From: an uncultured Actinomycetota bacterium
Lineage (GTDB): Bacteria; Actinomycetota; Actinomycetes; CAVWCF01
Assembly: GCA_963753435.1 (NCBI GenBank)
Contig: CAVWCF010000002.1
Coordinates: 118,410-182,409, forward strand
Reading direction: 5' to 3'
Length of the DNA: 64,000 bases
Part shown: positions 38,864 to 49,236 of the stretch, one piece after another
Layout: each line of letters starts with the position of its first letter
Numbering within the stretch: position 1 is the stretch's first letter
Program-made: the position numbers and the translations under genes
The notes under the pieces: generated by a model
The model's database searches: none
The model's input: only the letters and a program-made list of their open reading frames with translations
What the model was told of the DNA's origin: nothing

Positions 38864-38890
38864 GCCAGATCCTTTCCCCTCCTCCAGTAG

Positions 38891-38924
38891 ACGAGGCGGT
38901 ATCCCTTCCGGGATGCCGCCTCGT
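38891..38924 (+). terminator. stem-loop after erpA
   Basis: acgaggcggtatccc-ttcc-gggatgccgcctcgt. Confidence 0.7.
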
Positions 38925-38945
38925 TGCGCGTCCTAGGGTCGACTC

Positions 38946-39596
38946 ATGGCCGCCGACCCGGACGACGAAGTCGTCGCCGTCGGCGGGGACCTCAGCCTCA
39001 CCAGCCTGGAAACGGCTTATACGCATGGGGCGTTCCCGATGCGGCTCGGCGGCCTGTCCGGTCCACTTGGCTGGTGGTCCCCGGACCCCCGCGGGGTTAT
39101 TCCGCTGAGCGGCTTGCGCGTTTCCCGATCGCTGCGCCGGTCCTTGCGCCGATACGAGGTAAGCGTCGACACGGCGTTTGCGGAAGTAATCGAGGCATGT
39201 GCAAGGCGCGCCGAGCCGGACGCCGGCTGGATCGGCCCGGACTTTCGCCGCGCCTACACCCTGGCGCACGAGCGGGGGATCGCCCACAGCGTGGAGGTCT
39301 GGTCCGAATCCGAACTCGTTGGCGGCCTCTATGGCGTCGGTTACGGCGGACTGTTCGCCGGGGAGTCGATGTTCAGTCGGGCGCCGGACGCGTCCAAAGT
39401 CGCCTTGGTAGCCCTGGTCCACCTGCTCAATGCCGACTCGGATGAACGCAGGCTCCTCGATGTCCAGTGGGTGACCCCGCACCTGAGTTCGCTCGGGGCG
39501 GTGGCGATGCCACGTGCCGAATACCTGCTCCGGCTACGTGCGGCGTTGCGGGCGCCAGAGCCGGAATGGGTGCTCCCGCCGACCTACCCGGGCTGA
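38946..39596 (+). CDS. aat: leucyl/phenylalanyl-tRNA--protein transferase
   Basis: GGDLS..AYTHGAFP, WWSPDPRG, AHSVEVW..LVGGLYG, FAGESMF, ASKVAL, LLDVQW.TPHL.SLGA. Confidence 0.93.
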   Translation: MAADPDDEVVAVGGDLSLTSLETAYTHGAFPMRLGGLSGPLGWWSPDPRGVIPLSGLRVSRSLRRSLRRYEVSVDTAFAEVIEACARRAEPDAGWIGPDFRRAYTLAHERGIAHSVEVWSESELVGGLYGVGYGGLFAGESMFSRAPDASKVALVALVHLLNADSDERRLLDVQWVTPHLSSLGAVAMPRAEYLLRLRAALRAPEPEWVLPPTYPG

Positions 39597-39840
39597 TTCG
39601 AACCAGGTAGGCGGGCGCATTGCTGCCGGCCAGGGTCAGCGGCCCACCCAGGAACTCGTGGTGCCGCATCCGGCACCACGCCGCTACGTCAGTGGCCGCG
39701 GCCGGATCCCGCGCCAGGACGGCCAACACCGATCCCGGTGCCGCGGTTGCAGCAGCCCTGGCCAGTTCGATGACTGGTCCCGGGCAGACCAGCCCGCTCG
39801 CGTCTACGACCAGGTCTGGTAGCGGGTGGCCGGAAGTCAC
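39427..39840 (-). CDS. sulfurtransferase TusA family protein (C-terminus extended into aat)
   Basis: VDASGLVCPGPVIEL, DPAAATDVAAWCRMR. The domain ends near 39600 but the ORF continues to 39427. Confidence 0.8.
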   Translation of the reverse strand: MTSGHPLPDLVVDASGLVCPGPVIELARAAATAAPGSVLAVLARDPAAATDVAAWCRMRHHEFLGGPLTLAGSNAPAYLVRISPGRSAGAPIPALAPATPHVAGAGIRHVASPPPRANSGAGSPTGHRGACVHPSRH

Positions 39841-41030
39841 AGGCCCGCCGCGTCGTTGCTGCCGCGCGCGCGTGCGACGGCAGTGGGCAGGTGGGCGAGC
39901 AAACGATCAATATCCGACTCCGGGCAACCCCGCGGTAGGGAGATCCGCAGGTTGCCCTGGGTCAGGGCGCCCATGGCCGCTAGCACGTGGGACGGCCCGA
40001 TGGTCTCGTTGTCGGCGGCACAGGCCGATCCGGAACTGCAGGAGAACCCGGCCCGGTCCAACTCGTCGAGCAGGGCGTCGCCGGCCACGTAGAGGAACGA
40101 CACCGTGAGTACGTGGGGGAGTCGCTCGGTCGGATGACCCAGCACCACCGCGTCCGCGATGCGGGCTGGGATCTCCGCGCGCAGCCGATCGATGAGCGCC
40201 GAGAGCCGGTGGTCTTCTTGCTGGGCATTCGCGGCAATCGCCTCGGCAGCGGCCGCGGCCGCAACGACCAAGGGCACCGGTACCGGCCCCGGCCAGGAAC
40301 CCCGCTCGCTGCGATCCCCGACCAGCGGTGGGTCGAACCCTGTGCGCAGCCCCAGGCAGCCGACCCCGGGCGGTGCGCCCCACAGTCTCGGATCAGCCCA
40401 GAACACCGTCCAATCCGGCGGGAGTGGGAGCCGCCCCGCGGACGTGCTGGCGTCCACCAGGAGTGGGACCCCGAGTGCCTGCGTGCCGGACCCGACGGCC
40501 GCAACCGGTTGGCGGGTACCCACCTCGTGGTTGGCGATCTGCAGGACGGCCGCAGCGGTCCGGGCATTCACCCCCGCCAAGAACTCCTCGGCTGCAACCG
40601 CGCCGTGGCCGTCCACGGGCACCCGGCGCACCGGCAGGCCGGAGGCCGCGAGTCGATCCGCTTCGGCCAGAAGGCCGCTGTGTTCGACGGCGCTGATGAC
40701 CAAGCCGGAACCTGCCGAGTCTCGGCCCAGCCGACGCAGCCGGGCGGACGTGACGCCGCGAATAGCGGCCTGGCCGGCGACCTGCGCGGACGGCAGAAAG
40801 TGCAACTCCTCAGCTCGGCAGCCCAGGAAACCCGCGAGGGACTGCCTCGCGGTGTCCAGCAGCAGCCTCGATCGTCGTCCCAGCGAATACCGGCGACCCG
40901 GGTCGGCCCAGCCCCCGGATTCGATCGCCGCCAACGCCGCTGGGTGGATTGGTTCCGCGGTGGCTGCGTCCAGGTAGCCGGGTGGCGGCGGCGGGGTCCG
41001 CATGAGGTCAGCAGGGGGCGAATCCGGCAC
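39837..41030 (-). CDS. cysteine desulfurase-like (IscS/NifS fold) protein
   Basis: YLDAATAEP, SAVEHS, ANHEVGTRQP, VDAS, SSGSAC, PSHVLAAMG, LRISL. The PLP-Lys motif is atypical. Confidence 0.85.
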   Translation of the reverse strand: MPDSPPADLMRTPPPPPGYLDAATAEPIHPAALAAIESGGWADPGRRYSLGRRSRLLLDTARQSLAGFLGCRAEELHFLPSAQVAGQAAIRGVTSARLRRLGRDSAGSGLVISAVEHSGLLAEADRLAASGLPVRRVPVDGHGAVAAEEFLAGVNARTAAAVLQIANHEVGTRQPVAAVGSGTQALGVPLLVDASTSAGRLPLPPDWTVFWADPRLWGAPPGVGCLGLRTGFDPPLVGDRSERGSWPGPVPVPLVVAAAAAAEAIAANAQQEDHRLSALIDRLRAEIPARIADAVVLGHPTERLPHVLTVSFLYVAGDALLDELDRAGFSCSSGSACAADNETIGPSHVLAAMGALTQGNLRISLPRGCPESDIDRLLAHLPTAVARARGSNDAAGL

Positions 41031-41195
41031 GATCGTGACGCTAGTGCAGTAGGTCCGGGTGCCGGTGTCGGTCGCTGTGGGAGGGGCCTTCGCGCCGCGA
41101 GCGCGCCGAAGTGCCTGACTGCCTCCGTTCCCGATGTGGCCTGCGGTAGATTTTCGGCCGTTCCATCGGCAGTTGCGGTCCGAGAAAGGCGGCTT

Positions 41196-42044
41196 GTGAG
41201 TTCACAACCAACTGAGCGTGTTCCCAGTCGGGGACGGCGCCGGATCGGTCTGCTGTTGACCATGCCCTTGGTCGGGCTCCTGCTCGCGTCCTGCTCGAGC
41301 GAAGAGTTGCCCCGGCTGGGGTTCCCGGAGCCGGCGACGGACGAAGGGCCGACGATCCTCTGGCTTTGGCAGAGCTTCTGGGTGACCGCCTTCGTGGTCG
41401 GCGGCTTGACCCTGGCGCTGATCCTGTTCGCCGCTCTCTACTACCGGCGTCGCGGCGCGGATGCGCCCGAGCAGACCCGGTACAACATCCCGATCGAGAT
41501 CCTGTACACGGTCGTGCCACTGATCATCGTCGCGGTGCTCTTCGTGTTCACCGCTCGCGACGAGTCCCGACTCACGGCTCTGAGCGATGATCCCGACCGC
41601 ACCATCAACGTCGTCGGTTTCCGCTGGAACTGGACCTTCAACTACGTCGACGACAACGTCTACGACACCGGATCGCCCAACGAGTTCCCCACCCTGTACT
41701 TGCCCCAGGGCGAGACGGTCCGGTTCGTGCTGACCTCTCCGGACGTGCTGCACTCCTTCTGGGTGCCGGCCTTCCTGTTCAAGCGTGACGTCATCCCCGG
41801 CCGCAGCAACGAGTTCGACCTGACCCCCAGCAAGGTGGGCACCTATGCCGGCAAGTGCGCGGAGTTGTGCGGTGTGGATCACTCGCGAATGCTCTTCAAC
41901 GTGAAGGTCGTACCGGTGGATGAGTACGAGCAGCACATCGCCGACCTTGAGGACGCCGGTCAGACCGGCCTACTCGAGACCGGTCGGGTGAATACCGATG
42001 CTGACTCCGGCCAGGGCCGGACCGAACTCGGGGGAGACTCGTGA
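41196..42044 (+). CDS. ctaC: cytochrome c oxidase subunit II
   Basis: Lipobox [27 protein letters not shown], CuA motif [12 protein letters not shown]. Confidence 0.95.
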   Translation: MSSQPTERVPSRGRRRIGLLLTMPLVGLLLASCSSEELPRLGFPEPATDEGPTILWLWQSFWVTAFVVGGLTLALILFAALYYRRRGADAPEQTRYNIPIEILYTVVPLIIVAVLFVFTARDESRLTALSDDPDRTINVVGFRWNWTFNYVDDNVYDTGSPNEFPTLYLPQGETVRFVLTSPDVLHSFWVPAFLFKRDVIPGRSNEFDLTPSKVGTYAGKCAELCGVDHSRMLFNVKVVPVDEYEQHIADLEDAGQTGLLETGRVNTDADSGQGRTELGGDS

Positions 42045-43762
42045 CAGTCCTCGATCAGCGCCCGGAAGCCGCAGCCCCCGAACCGGGAGGACAGGCGGCA
42101 ATTGACAAGCCGCTGGGCAAGAAGGTGGTCGGTTGGCTCACGACGACCGACCACAAGGTCATCGGCAACCTGTACTTCGTAACCTCTTTCGCCTTCTTCA
42201 TGATCGCCGGGCTGATGGCCTTGGCCATGCGCGCGGAATTGGCGCAGCCGGAGCTGCAGTTCCTGTCCAACCAGCAGTACAACCAGCTGTTCACCATGCA
42301 CGGCACGATCATGCTGTTCCTCTTTGCGACCCCACTGTTCTCCGGGTTCGCCAACGCGATCATGCCGCTGCAGATCGGCGCGCCGGACGTGGCATTCCCG
42401 CGCTTCAACATGTTCGCCTACTGGTTGTTCCTGTTCGGCGGGATCCTCGTCGTCGTCGGGTTCTTCACTCCAGGTGGAGCGGCAGACTTCGGCTGGTTCG
42501 CCTACACGCCCCTTAGCGGGGCCACCTATTCACCTGGCGTAGGCGGCGACCTCTGGATCATGGGTCTGGCCATGGGTGGCCTCGGGACGATCCTGGGTTC
42601 AGTCAACTTCGTCACCACGATCATCTGCATGCGCGCGCCGGGCATGACGATGTTCCGGATGCCCATCTTCTCCTGGAACATCCTGGTCACGGCGTTGCTG
42701 GTCCTGATGGTGTTCCCGGTCCTGGCAGCCGCGCTGATCACGCTGGAACTCGACCGGCAACTGGGCTCAGTCGCGTTCGATCCGGCAACCGGGGGCGCGA
42801 TCCTCTGGCAGCACCTGTTCTGGTTCTTCGGCCACCCGGAGGTCTACATCATCGCGTTGCCGTTCTTCGGCATCATCTCGGAGATCCTTCCGGTGTTCAG
42901 CCGCAAGCCGATCTTCGGATACAAGGGCCTGGTCCTGGCGACCATCGCAATCGCGGCCCTGTCGATGGCGGTATGGGCGCACCACATGTTCGTCACCGGC
43001 GCGGTGCTGCTGCCCTTCTTCGCGTTGCTGACGATGCTCATCGCGGTGCCTACGGGTGTGAAGTTCTTCAACTGGATCGGCACCATGTGGGGTGGTTCGA
43101 TCACGTACGAGACACCGATGTTGTGGAGCCTCGGCTTCCTGGTGACCTTCCTGTTCGGCGGGCTTACGGGCATTCTCCTGGCGTCGCCGCCGATCGACTT
43201 CGCCGTCTCGGACTCCTACTTCATCGTGGCGCACTTCCACTACACCGTCTTCGGCACCGTCGTGTTCGCCATGTTCGCCGGCTTCTACTTCTGGTGGCCG
43301 AAGCTCACCGGTAAGCGGCTGGATGAGCGGCTCGGCAAGGTCCACTTCTGGATGACCTTCGTGGGCTTCCACACGACCTTCCTCGTGCAGCACTGGTTGG
43401 GCGCTGAAGGCATGCCGCGCCGCTACGCCGACTACCTGGTGGCGGACGGGTTCACCACACTCAACGCCATCTCAACGATCGGTGCGGCCATCCTCGGTGC
43501 CGCGACCATTCCGTACCTCTGGAACTTCTACAAGACGGCGCGATCGGCGCCAATGGTTGGCGTTGACGACCCGTGGGGCTGGGGCAGGTCACTGGAGTGG
43601 GCCACGTCCTGCCCACCGCCGCGGCATAACTTCACCTCCATCCCGCGGATCCGTTCGGAATCGCCTGCTTTCGACCTGCACCACCCGGAGCTGAGCGAGT
43701 CCCCGGAGATCCGCAACGCCGCTACCGCGGCCGTTTCGGCCGGCTCGGAGAGGGACGCCTGA
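42041..43762 (+). CDS. ctaD: cytochrome c oxidase subunit I (aa3)
   Basis: [38 protein letters not shown]. Confidence 0.98.
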   Translation: MTVLDQRPEAAAPEPGGQAAIDKPLGKKVVGWLTTTDHKVIGNLYFVTSFAFFMIAGLMALAMRAELAQPELQFLSNQQYNQLFTMHGTIMLFLFATPLFSGFANAIMPLQIGAPDVAFPRFNMFAYWLFLFGGILVVVGFFTPGGAADFGWFAYTPLSGATYSPGVGGDLWIMGLAMGGLGTILGSVNFVTTIICMRAPGMTMFRMPIFSWNILVTALLVLMVFPVLAAALITLELDRQLGSVAFDPATGGAILWQHLFWFFGHPEVYIIALPFFGIISEILPVFSRKPIFGYKGLVLATIAIAALSMAVWAHHMFVTGAVLLPFFALLTMLIAVPTGVKFFNWIGTMWGGSITYETPMLWSLGFLVTFLFGGLTGILLASPPIDFAVSDSYFIVAHFHYTVFGTVVFAMFAGFYFWWPKLTGKRLDERLGKVHFWMTFVGFHTTFLVQHWLGAEGMPRRYADYLVADGFTTLNAISTIGAAILGAATIPYLWNFYKTARSAPMVGVDDPWGWGRSLEWATSCPPPRHNFTSIPRIRSESPAFDLHHPELSESPEIRNAATAAVSAGSERDA

Positions 43763-44166
43763 TGCGGGTAGAGACCAGGATCTTCGGCGGCCTGACGATC
43801 TTCTTTGCCATCGTCGCGGCGGTCTACACGCTGCTGTCGCTCGAACCGGTCGGGTCGGCAGCGCTGATCTTCACCACTTTCCTGGCCATGCTCATCTGGT
43901 TCTTCCTCTGGTACACGGGTCGGCAGATCGACCCGCGGCCTGAGGACGACGAAAGCGGTGAGATCGTCGAGATGGCCGGCGAGTACGGCTTCTTCGGGCC
44001 GCATTCGTGGTGGCCGCTTGTACTCGCCGTCGGCGCGACTTTCACCGCCCTCGGGGTCATCTTCGGCTGGTGGTTGTTCCTGATCGGATTCGGGGTCGTC
44101 CTCGGCGGCACGGTCGGGCTGGTTTTCGAGTACTACCGCGGTCCCTTCGCCGAGGAGCCGCACTAG
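43762..44166 (+). CDS. ctaF: cytochrome c oxidase subunit IV
   Basis: EPVGSAAL, RPED, GEYGFFGPHSWWP, VFEYYRG. Follows ctaD. Confidence 0.9.
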   Translation: MRVETRIFGGLTIFFAIVAAVYTLLSLEPVGSAALIFTTFLAMLIWFFLWYTGRQIDPRPEDDESGEIVEMAGEYGFFGPHSWWPLVLAVGATFTALGVIFGWWLFLIGFGVVLGGTVGLVFEYYRGPFAEEPH

Positions 44167-44294
44167 CCGGGCGCGTCTTCTAGGGCTGCGTTCGCCGGGG
44201 CAGCGCTGTTTACGTCGGCCCAGACAGCCCCGATTGGACCAGCCGGCCAGTGCGGGTGTTTGTCACCTGACCGAAGCTCACGCACAATGACCCG

Positions 44295-45518
44295 GTGTCC
44301 GGATCTTCCGCACCCGTGAGCCCACGTCGTGGCTGGCGTTCGTTGGCCTTGATCGTGGCCCTGGGCGCGTTGCCCCTGTCTGCGTGTTCGACGCTTACGG
44401 GATCGGAACGCAGCACCTCCTCGGCGAGCCCGGACTCGGTGGCCGCCCCGCTACCGGGCTCGGCGGCGCAGCTGTCGGTCACACCGGCGTCAGGCACGGC
44501 CGATGTCCGACCGGACACGCCCATCAAGGTGACCGTCGCTGACGGGTCGCTGAGCCGGGTTTCGGCGGTGCTGGCTGATGGGACGCCCGTCGACGGTCAG
44601 CTGAGCGCGGACGGCACCAGTTGGAACTCGTCTGTGGGGCGCCTGCCGTACGGGGCCCAGGTGCTGGTTCGCGCTGAAGCGGTGGACACGGCGGGCTGGG
44701 GAAAGGTCGCGGAGACGCGGTTCTCCACGCTGCAGCCCACGGATCTAGTGACAACAAGCATTTCGCCTATCCGTGGTTCGACGGTTGGGGTCGGGATGCC
44801 GGTGATCGTTCGGCTTTCCGCCAAGCCGGGGGACCGGGCGGCAGTCGAGGAATCGGTGGCGGTCACCTCGCGTCCGGCGGTCGAGGGCTCCTGGTCCTGG
44901 GTGGGCAGCCGCGAACTGCACTGGCGGCCGCGCGAATACTGGCCGGCCGGCACCGACGTCAAAGTCGCGGTGGACCTCACCGGTAAGGACCTGGGTGAAG
45001 GGGTCTGGGGGGACGAGACGCGAGAGGTGAACTTCTCCGTCGGATCGGCCCGGGTGCACACGGTCGACATCGCCGCGCACACCATGACGGTCACCGAGAA
45101 CGGCAAGGTCTTGCGAGTCATACCGGTAACCACCGGCGAAGACGACAAGTGGCCCACGCGTGAGGGCATCAAGGTGATCATGACCAAGGAGCGCACGCGG
45201 GTCATGGACTCAGACACGGTCGACATCCCCGAGGACAGCGCCGACGGCTACAACCTCGAGGTCGACTACGCCATGCGGCTTACCAACTCCGGTGAGTTCA
45301 TTCATGCTGCCCCCTGGTCGGTGGATTCGCAGGGCAGCGCGAATGTCTCCCACGGCTGCACCGGTATGAGCGACGAGAACGCCGCCTGGCTTTTCGGCAT
45401 CACCCGCGTCGGCGACATCGTTCAGTACGTGAACGGCCGTCGCGGCATGGAGCCCGGCAACGGCTGGACCGCCTGGAACGTGTCGTGGGACAAGTGGGTA
45501 GCCAACTCCGCGCTGTAG
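44295..45518 (+). CDS. L,D-transpeptidase lipoprotein (Ig-like + YkuD)
   Basis: Lipobox LSAC, VGVGMPV, WRPREYW, GEFIHAAPWS..QG..NVSHGC. Confidence 0.92.
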   Translation: MSGSSAPVSPRRGWRSLALIVALGALPLSACSTLTGSERSTSSASPDSVAAPLPGSAAQLSVTPASGTADVRPDTPIKVTVADGSLSRVSAVLADGTPVDGQLSADGTSWNSSVGRLPYGAQVLVRAEAVDTAGWGKVAETRFSTLQPTDLVTTSISPIRGSTVGVGMPVIVRLSAKPGDRAAVEESVAVTSRPAVEGSWSWVGSRELHWRPREYWPAGTDVKVAVDLTGKDLGEGVWGDETREVNFSVGSARVHTVDIAAHTMTVTENGKVLRVIPVTTGEDDKWPTREGIKVIMTKERTRVMDSDTVDIPEDSADGYNLEVDYAMRLTNSGEFIHAAPWSVDSQGSANVSHGCTGMSDENAAWLFGITRVGDIVQYVNGRRGMEPGNGWTAWNVSWDKWVANSAL

Positions 45519-45592
45519 TTCCACGAACCAGCCAGTTCCAACCGCAGTACAGCGGCCATCCCTGCCAGGCCAAACGCGACGCTTCCAGAAAG

Positions 45593-45629
45593 CAGATCGC
45601 CCCAAGCCTTCACTGCTTGGGGCGATCTG
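45593..45629 (-). terminator. terminator of the ctaE-qcrCAB operon (possibly bidirectional)
   Basis: cagatcgccccaagc-cttcact-gcttggggcgatctg, followed by CTTTCT on the minus strand. Confidence 0.75.
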
Positions 45630-45648
45630 GGGTGCCTGTTGGTTGCGG

Positions 45649-47355
45649 TTATGCCTCCGTCTTTGTTGCGACCGGCTCGCCGCTGGGCGCCTCAGTTGCC
45701 TCGACTGCGGCCGGCTCAGTTGCTTCGCCGGCCTCCACCTCGCCGTGGGCGTGGTGTTGGGCTGCCTCGATCTCAGCAGCCGTCGGTGTCGGGATCTGGT
45801 CGCCGTAGTAGAAGCGGGACAACCTGCTGCGCAGGCGCTGGATGCGGCCGTTGGGCAGCGCCACGCCATTGTCGTCGGTCGCCCGGGGTTCGGGCAGCGG
45901 TCGGTACTCGGCCCGGCCCAGGATCACGGCTGCGGTCTCGGCATCCACCGGCTCGTGGACTTCGTAGAACTCGCCGTCCGGGGTCACCCGGATGCGGCCG
46001 GTTTCCCGGCCGTGCAGCAGCAGGTCCCGGTCGCGACGTTGCAGGCTGATGCAGATCCGTTTGGTGACAACGAACGCGAGCGGTGGCGCCACGAACAGCA
46101 GGACACGGGTCGCCCAGGTGATCGTGTTGATCGACAAGTCGAACGTCACGGCGATGATGTCGTTGCCACCGTTGACCCACAGGATGCTGTAGAAGGTCAG
46201 TCCCATGACTCCGAGCGCGGTCCGCGTTGGGTTATCGCGCGGCCGATCGAGCAGATTGTGGGTCTCGGTGTCGCCGGTGGCCAAGCGTTCGATCAGGGGA
46301 TACAGGCCCATCAACGTGAAGATGACTCCGGGGATGATCACAGATGGGATCAGCACGTTCCAGGAGAACGTGAACCCGAAGATCACCGACTCCCAGTTGG
46401 GCATGACCCGCAGAGCGCCCTCAAGCCATCCGATGTACCAGTCCGGTTGCGACCCGGCGGTCACGTTGTCAGGTCGATAGGGGCCGTACGCCCACACGGG
46501 GTTGATCGTGACCAGGCCGCCCAGAAGCGCGATGGCGCCGAAGACGATGAAGAAGAAGCCACCCGCCTTGGCCGTGTAGATCGGGAAGAGGCGGTATCCG
46601 ACCACGTTGTCCTCGGTCCGGCCGGGGCCGGGGAACTGCGTGTGCTTCTGGTACCAGACCATCATCAGGTGGGCGGTCACCAGGCCCAGGATCAGGCCGG
46701 GGACGAGCAGGATGTGCGCCCCGTACAGCCTGGGAATGATGTCCACGCCCGGGAAATCTCCGCCGAAGACGAAGCTGGACGCCCAGGTACCGATGACCGG
46801 GATTGACAACAGGATGCCCTCAATGATGCGCAGCCCGGTTCCGGAGAGCAGGTCGTCCGGCAGCGAGTAACCGGTGAAGCCGGCGCCCAGAGCCAGGGTC
46901 AGCAGCACCACGCCGATGACCCAGTTGAGCTCGCGGGGCTTGCGGAAGGCACCGGTGAAGAAGACGCGCATCAGGTGCACCGAGATCGCAGCGACGAACA
47001 AAAGCGCTGCCCAGTGGTGGATCTGCCGCATGAGCAGACCGCCGCGGATGTCGAAGGAGATGTCCAATGTGGAGGCGTACGCCTCGGACATCGCGATGCC
47101 GTTCAGCGGCTCGTAGGAGCCGTTGTAGATGACCTCTGTGACAGACGGCTTGAAGAACAGCGTGAGGTACACGCCCGTCAGCAGGATCACGATGAAGCTG
47201 TACAAGGCGATCTCGCCGAGCATGAAGGACCAGTGCTCGGGGAAGAGCTTGTTCAAGTTCTTCTTCAGGAACTTGTTGCTGGAGACGCGGGAATCGGCGA
47301 AACCGGCAGTCGTCGCGCCTGCCTTGACGACTACTCCGTTACCAACACTGCTCAT
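45649..47355 (-). CDS. qcrB: cytochrome bc1 complex cytochrome b subunit
   Basis: FPEHWSFMLGEIALYSF, RQIHHWAA, GYSLPDDLLSGTG, GSQPDWY, LLDRPR. Confidence 0.97.
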   Translation of the reverse strand: MSSVGNGVVVKAGATTAGFADSRVSSNKFLKKNLNKLFPEHWSFMLGEIALYSFIVILLTGVYLTLFFKPSVTEVIYNGSYEPLNGIAMSEAYASTLDISFDIRGGLLMRQIHHWAALLFVAAISVHLMRVFFTGAFRKPRELNWVIGVVLLTLALGAGFTGYSLPDDLLSGTGLRIIEGILLSIPVIGTWASSFVFGGDFPGVDIIPRLYGAHILLVPGLILGLVTAHLMMVWYQKHTQFPGPGRTEDNVVGYRLFPIYTAKAGGFFFIVFGAIALLGGLVTINPVWAYGPYRPDNVTAGSQPDWYIGWLEGALRVMPNWESVIFGFTFSWNVLIPSVIIPGVIFTLMGLYPLIERLATGDTETHNLLDRPRDNPTRTALGVMGLTFYSILWVNGGNDIIAVTFDLSINTITWATRVLLFVAPPLAFVVTKRICISLQRRDRDLLLHGRETGRIRVTPDGEFYEVHEPVDAETAAVILGRAEYRPLPEPRATDDNGVALPNGRIQRLRSRLSRFYYGDQIPTPTAAEIEAAQHHAHGEVEAGEATEPAAVEATEAPSGEPVATKTEA

Positions 47356-48368
47356 CGGTCACGCTCCCAGAAGCTCGGGCCTACCGGCTCCGTGAAGTCC
47401 CCACGCGCTACCAAGTAACCCTCATCGTCCACGGTTATCGCAAGTTGGGGCATCCGGCGGGCCGCCGGACCGAAGATCACGTTGCCCTGATCGGCCAGGT
47501 CGAAAGTCGACTGGTGGCATGGGCAGAGCAGGTGGTGGGTCTGCTGCTCGTAGAGCGCGATCGGGCACCCGACGTGGGTGCAGATCTTGGAGAAAGCCAG
47601 GATCCCTTCGTACGAGCCGGGCTCTCCGTCCGGGAAGTCCTGCTCGCGAACGATCTCCTCCGGCAGCATCCGGACCAGGATGATCGGCGCCGAAGCGCGG
47701 GCGTTGAGGTTGCCCTCTTCTTCCTGAACCTCCACGAGGTTCTCAGGTTCGGCAGACACCAGGCCGCCGATGGGAATGTCTTCTGGGCGCAGCTTTCGGT
47801 CGGTGTCGATGCCGACGATGTGCAGTCCCTCTTCCCAGAGCGTGTTGAACCTGGAGTCGCCAGGGGCCGGGCCCAGGCTGCGCAGCAGCACGACCGCCGG
47901 CAGCGGGATCAGGAGCAGGGCTCCCAGGAGAGTGCGGCGGATCAGCGGGCGGTCATTCCACCCGGACGCGGCGACGCCTTCCTCGAACAACTGCGCGGCC
48001 GCGCCGGTCTCGTCGTCGCTGGCCCCCAGGGGCTTGCGCTCTTGAATCTCCTCGACATCCGGCATCAGTTTCTTGGCCCAGTGAATCGCGCCAGCACCGA
48101 TGCAGAACAGCGCTACGCCCAGCGCCAGGCCCATCGCCAGGTTGGACGCACCGACGGTCCCCATCCCGGGAATCCGTACGGTTGCATCGGTCTCGATGAA
48201 GATGAACGCCGCGATCATCGCGATCGCGCCCAGAGCGCCTACCCCAAAGAGCGTGGCGACCTGCCGTTCGGCGCGCTTGGCGGCGCGAACGTCGATGTCG
48301 GCACGGCGTGGCTTGTGCTCCGGCAGCGTGTCGGAGCCTGGGACCAGATCTTTGCCAGTCGTGCTCAT
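47352..48368 (-). CDS. qcrA: cytochrome bc1 complex Rieske Fe-S subunit
   Basis: SKICTHVGCP and CPCHQSTFD Rieske motifs, GPAARR.PQL. Confidence 0.96.
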   Translation of the reverse strand: MSTTGKDLVPGSDTLPEHKPRRADIDVRAAKRAERQVATLFGVGALGAIAMIAAFIFIETDATVRIPGMGTVGASNLAMGLALGVALFCIGAGAIHWAKKLMPDVEEIQERKPLGASDDETGAAAQLFEEGVAASGWNDRPLIRRTLLGALLLIPLPAVVLLRSLGPAPGDSRFNTLWEEGLHIVGIDTDRKLRPEDIPIGGLVSAEPENLVEVQEEEGNLNARASAPIILVRMLPEEIVREQDFPDGEPGSYEGILAFSKICTHVGCPIALYEQQTHHLLCPCHQSTFDLADQGNVIFGPAARRMPQLAITVDDEGYLVARGDFTEPVGPSFWERDR

Positions 48369-49178
48369 GAACTCCTCGCTCCGATCCAGACGGCAACTGC
48401 GGCCAGGACACCGAGGCCCACGACCCAGATCATGAGGCCCTCAGAAACCGGTCCGACCTGCCCCAACGTGAATCCGCCGGGGGCGTCTGCCTCCTGGTCG
48501 GCGACGATGTAGGCGATGATGTCGCGCTTCTCGTCGGGGGTGACCGTGCCGTCGCCGAAGACCGGCATTGACTGCGGCCCGGTCGTCATCGCGTTCCAGA
48601 TCTGCCGGGGCGTGGACTCGTTCAAGTTCGGCGCGTACTTGCCGTCCGTGAGCGCGCCGCCGGCCCCAGAAGAGTTGTGGCACTGGGCGCAGTTGCCGCG
48701 CCAAAGGTCGCCACCTCGGGCCACGTCAGCATCCGACAGGTCCAGGTCCTCCTCGGAGGGCACCGACGGGCCGGGGCCCAGGGAGGCGATGTAGGCAGCC
48801 ATCGCGTCGATCTCGTCCTGGGTGTAGATCACGTCGCCCTGCGGGGCCTGCGCCTGCGGACGCGGCCAGCGGCATCCGTCCGGTACCGACCTGGAAGTCC
48901 ACAGCGGCCGCGCCCACGCCGACCAGCGTCGGGCCAGTGATTCCCTGGGCGTTGTCGGTGCCGCCCTGTGCGTTCAGCCCGTGGCAGGAGGAGCAGCCCT
49001 CCAGGAACAACTGCCGGCCCTCTTCGATCTGGGTGGCGGCCACTGGCGAGGCGGACGCGGCTTCGGCCTGGGTGACGCTACTGGCGGCGGAGTAGACGAG
49101 GCCGATAACGCTCAAGGCCAGTGTCAGCAAGGCCGCCAGCGCCAGTGGATGGCGTCGGCGGGCGGCGACGGTGCTCAC
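48365..49178 (-). CDS. qcrC: cytochrome bc1 complex diheme cytochrome c, frameshifted near 48860 (probable sequence error)
   Basis: First frame has CSSCH...VDFQVGTGRMPLA. Second frame resumes QAPQGDVIYT...CAQCH...GPQSMPVF...GPVSEGL. Confidence 0.9.
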
Positions 49179-49236
49179 GAAGGCCTCACTTCGGGTCGGG
49201 TCACAGCTGATCGGCTGGTCACAGCAGCGGCTCCGG

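Noticed and set aside
39987-41195. Apparent 685-aa CtaC with a long N-terminal extension
   Set aside because: The extension is antisense to the desulfurase gene. The SD and lipoprotein signal place the start at 41196.
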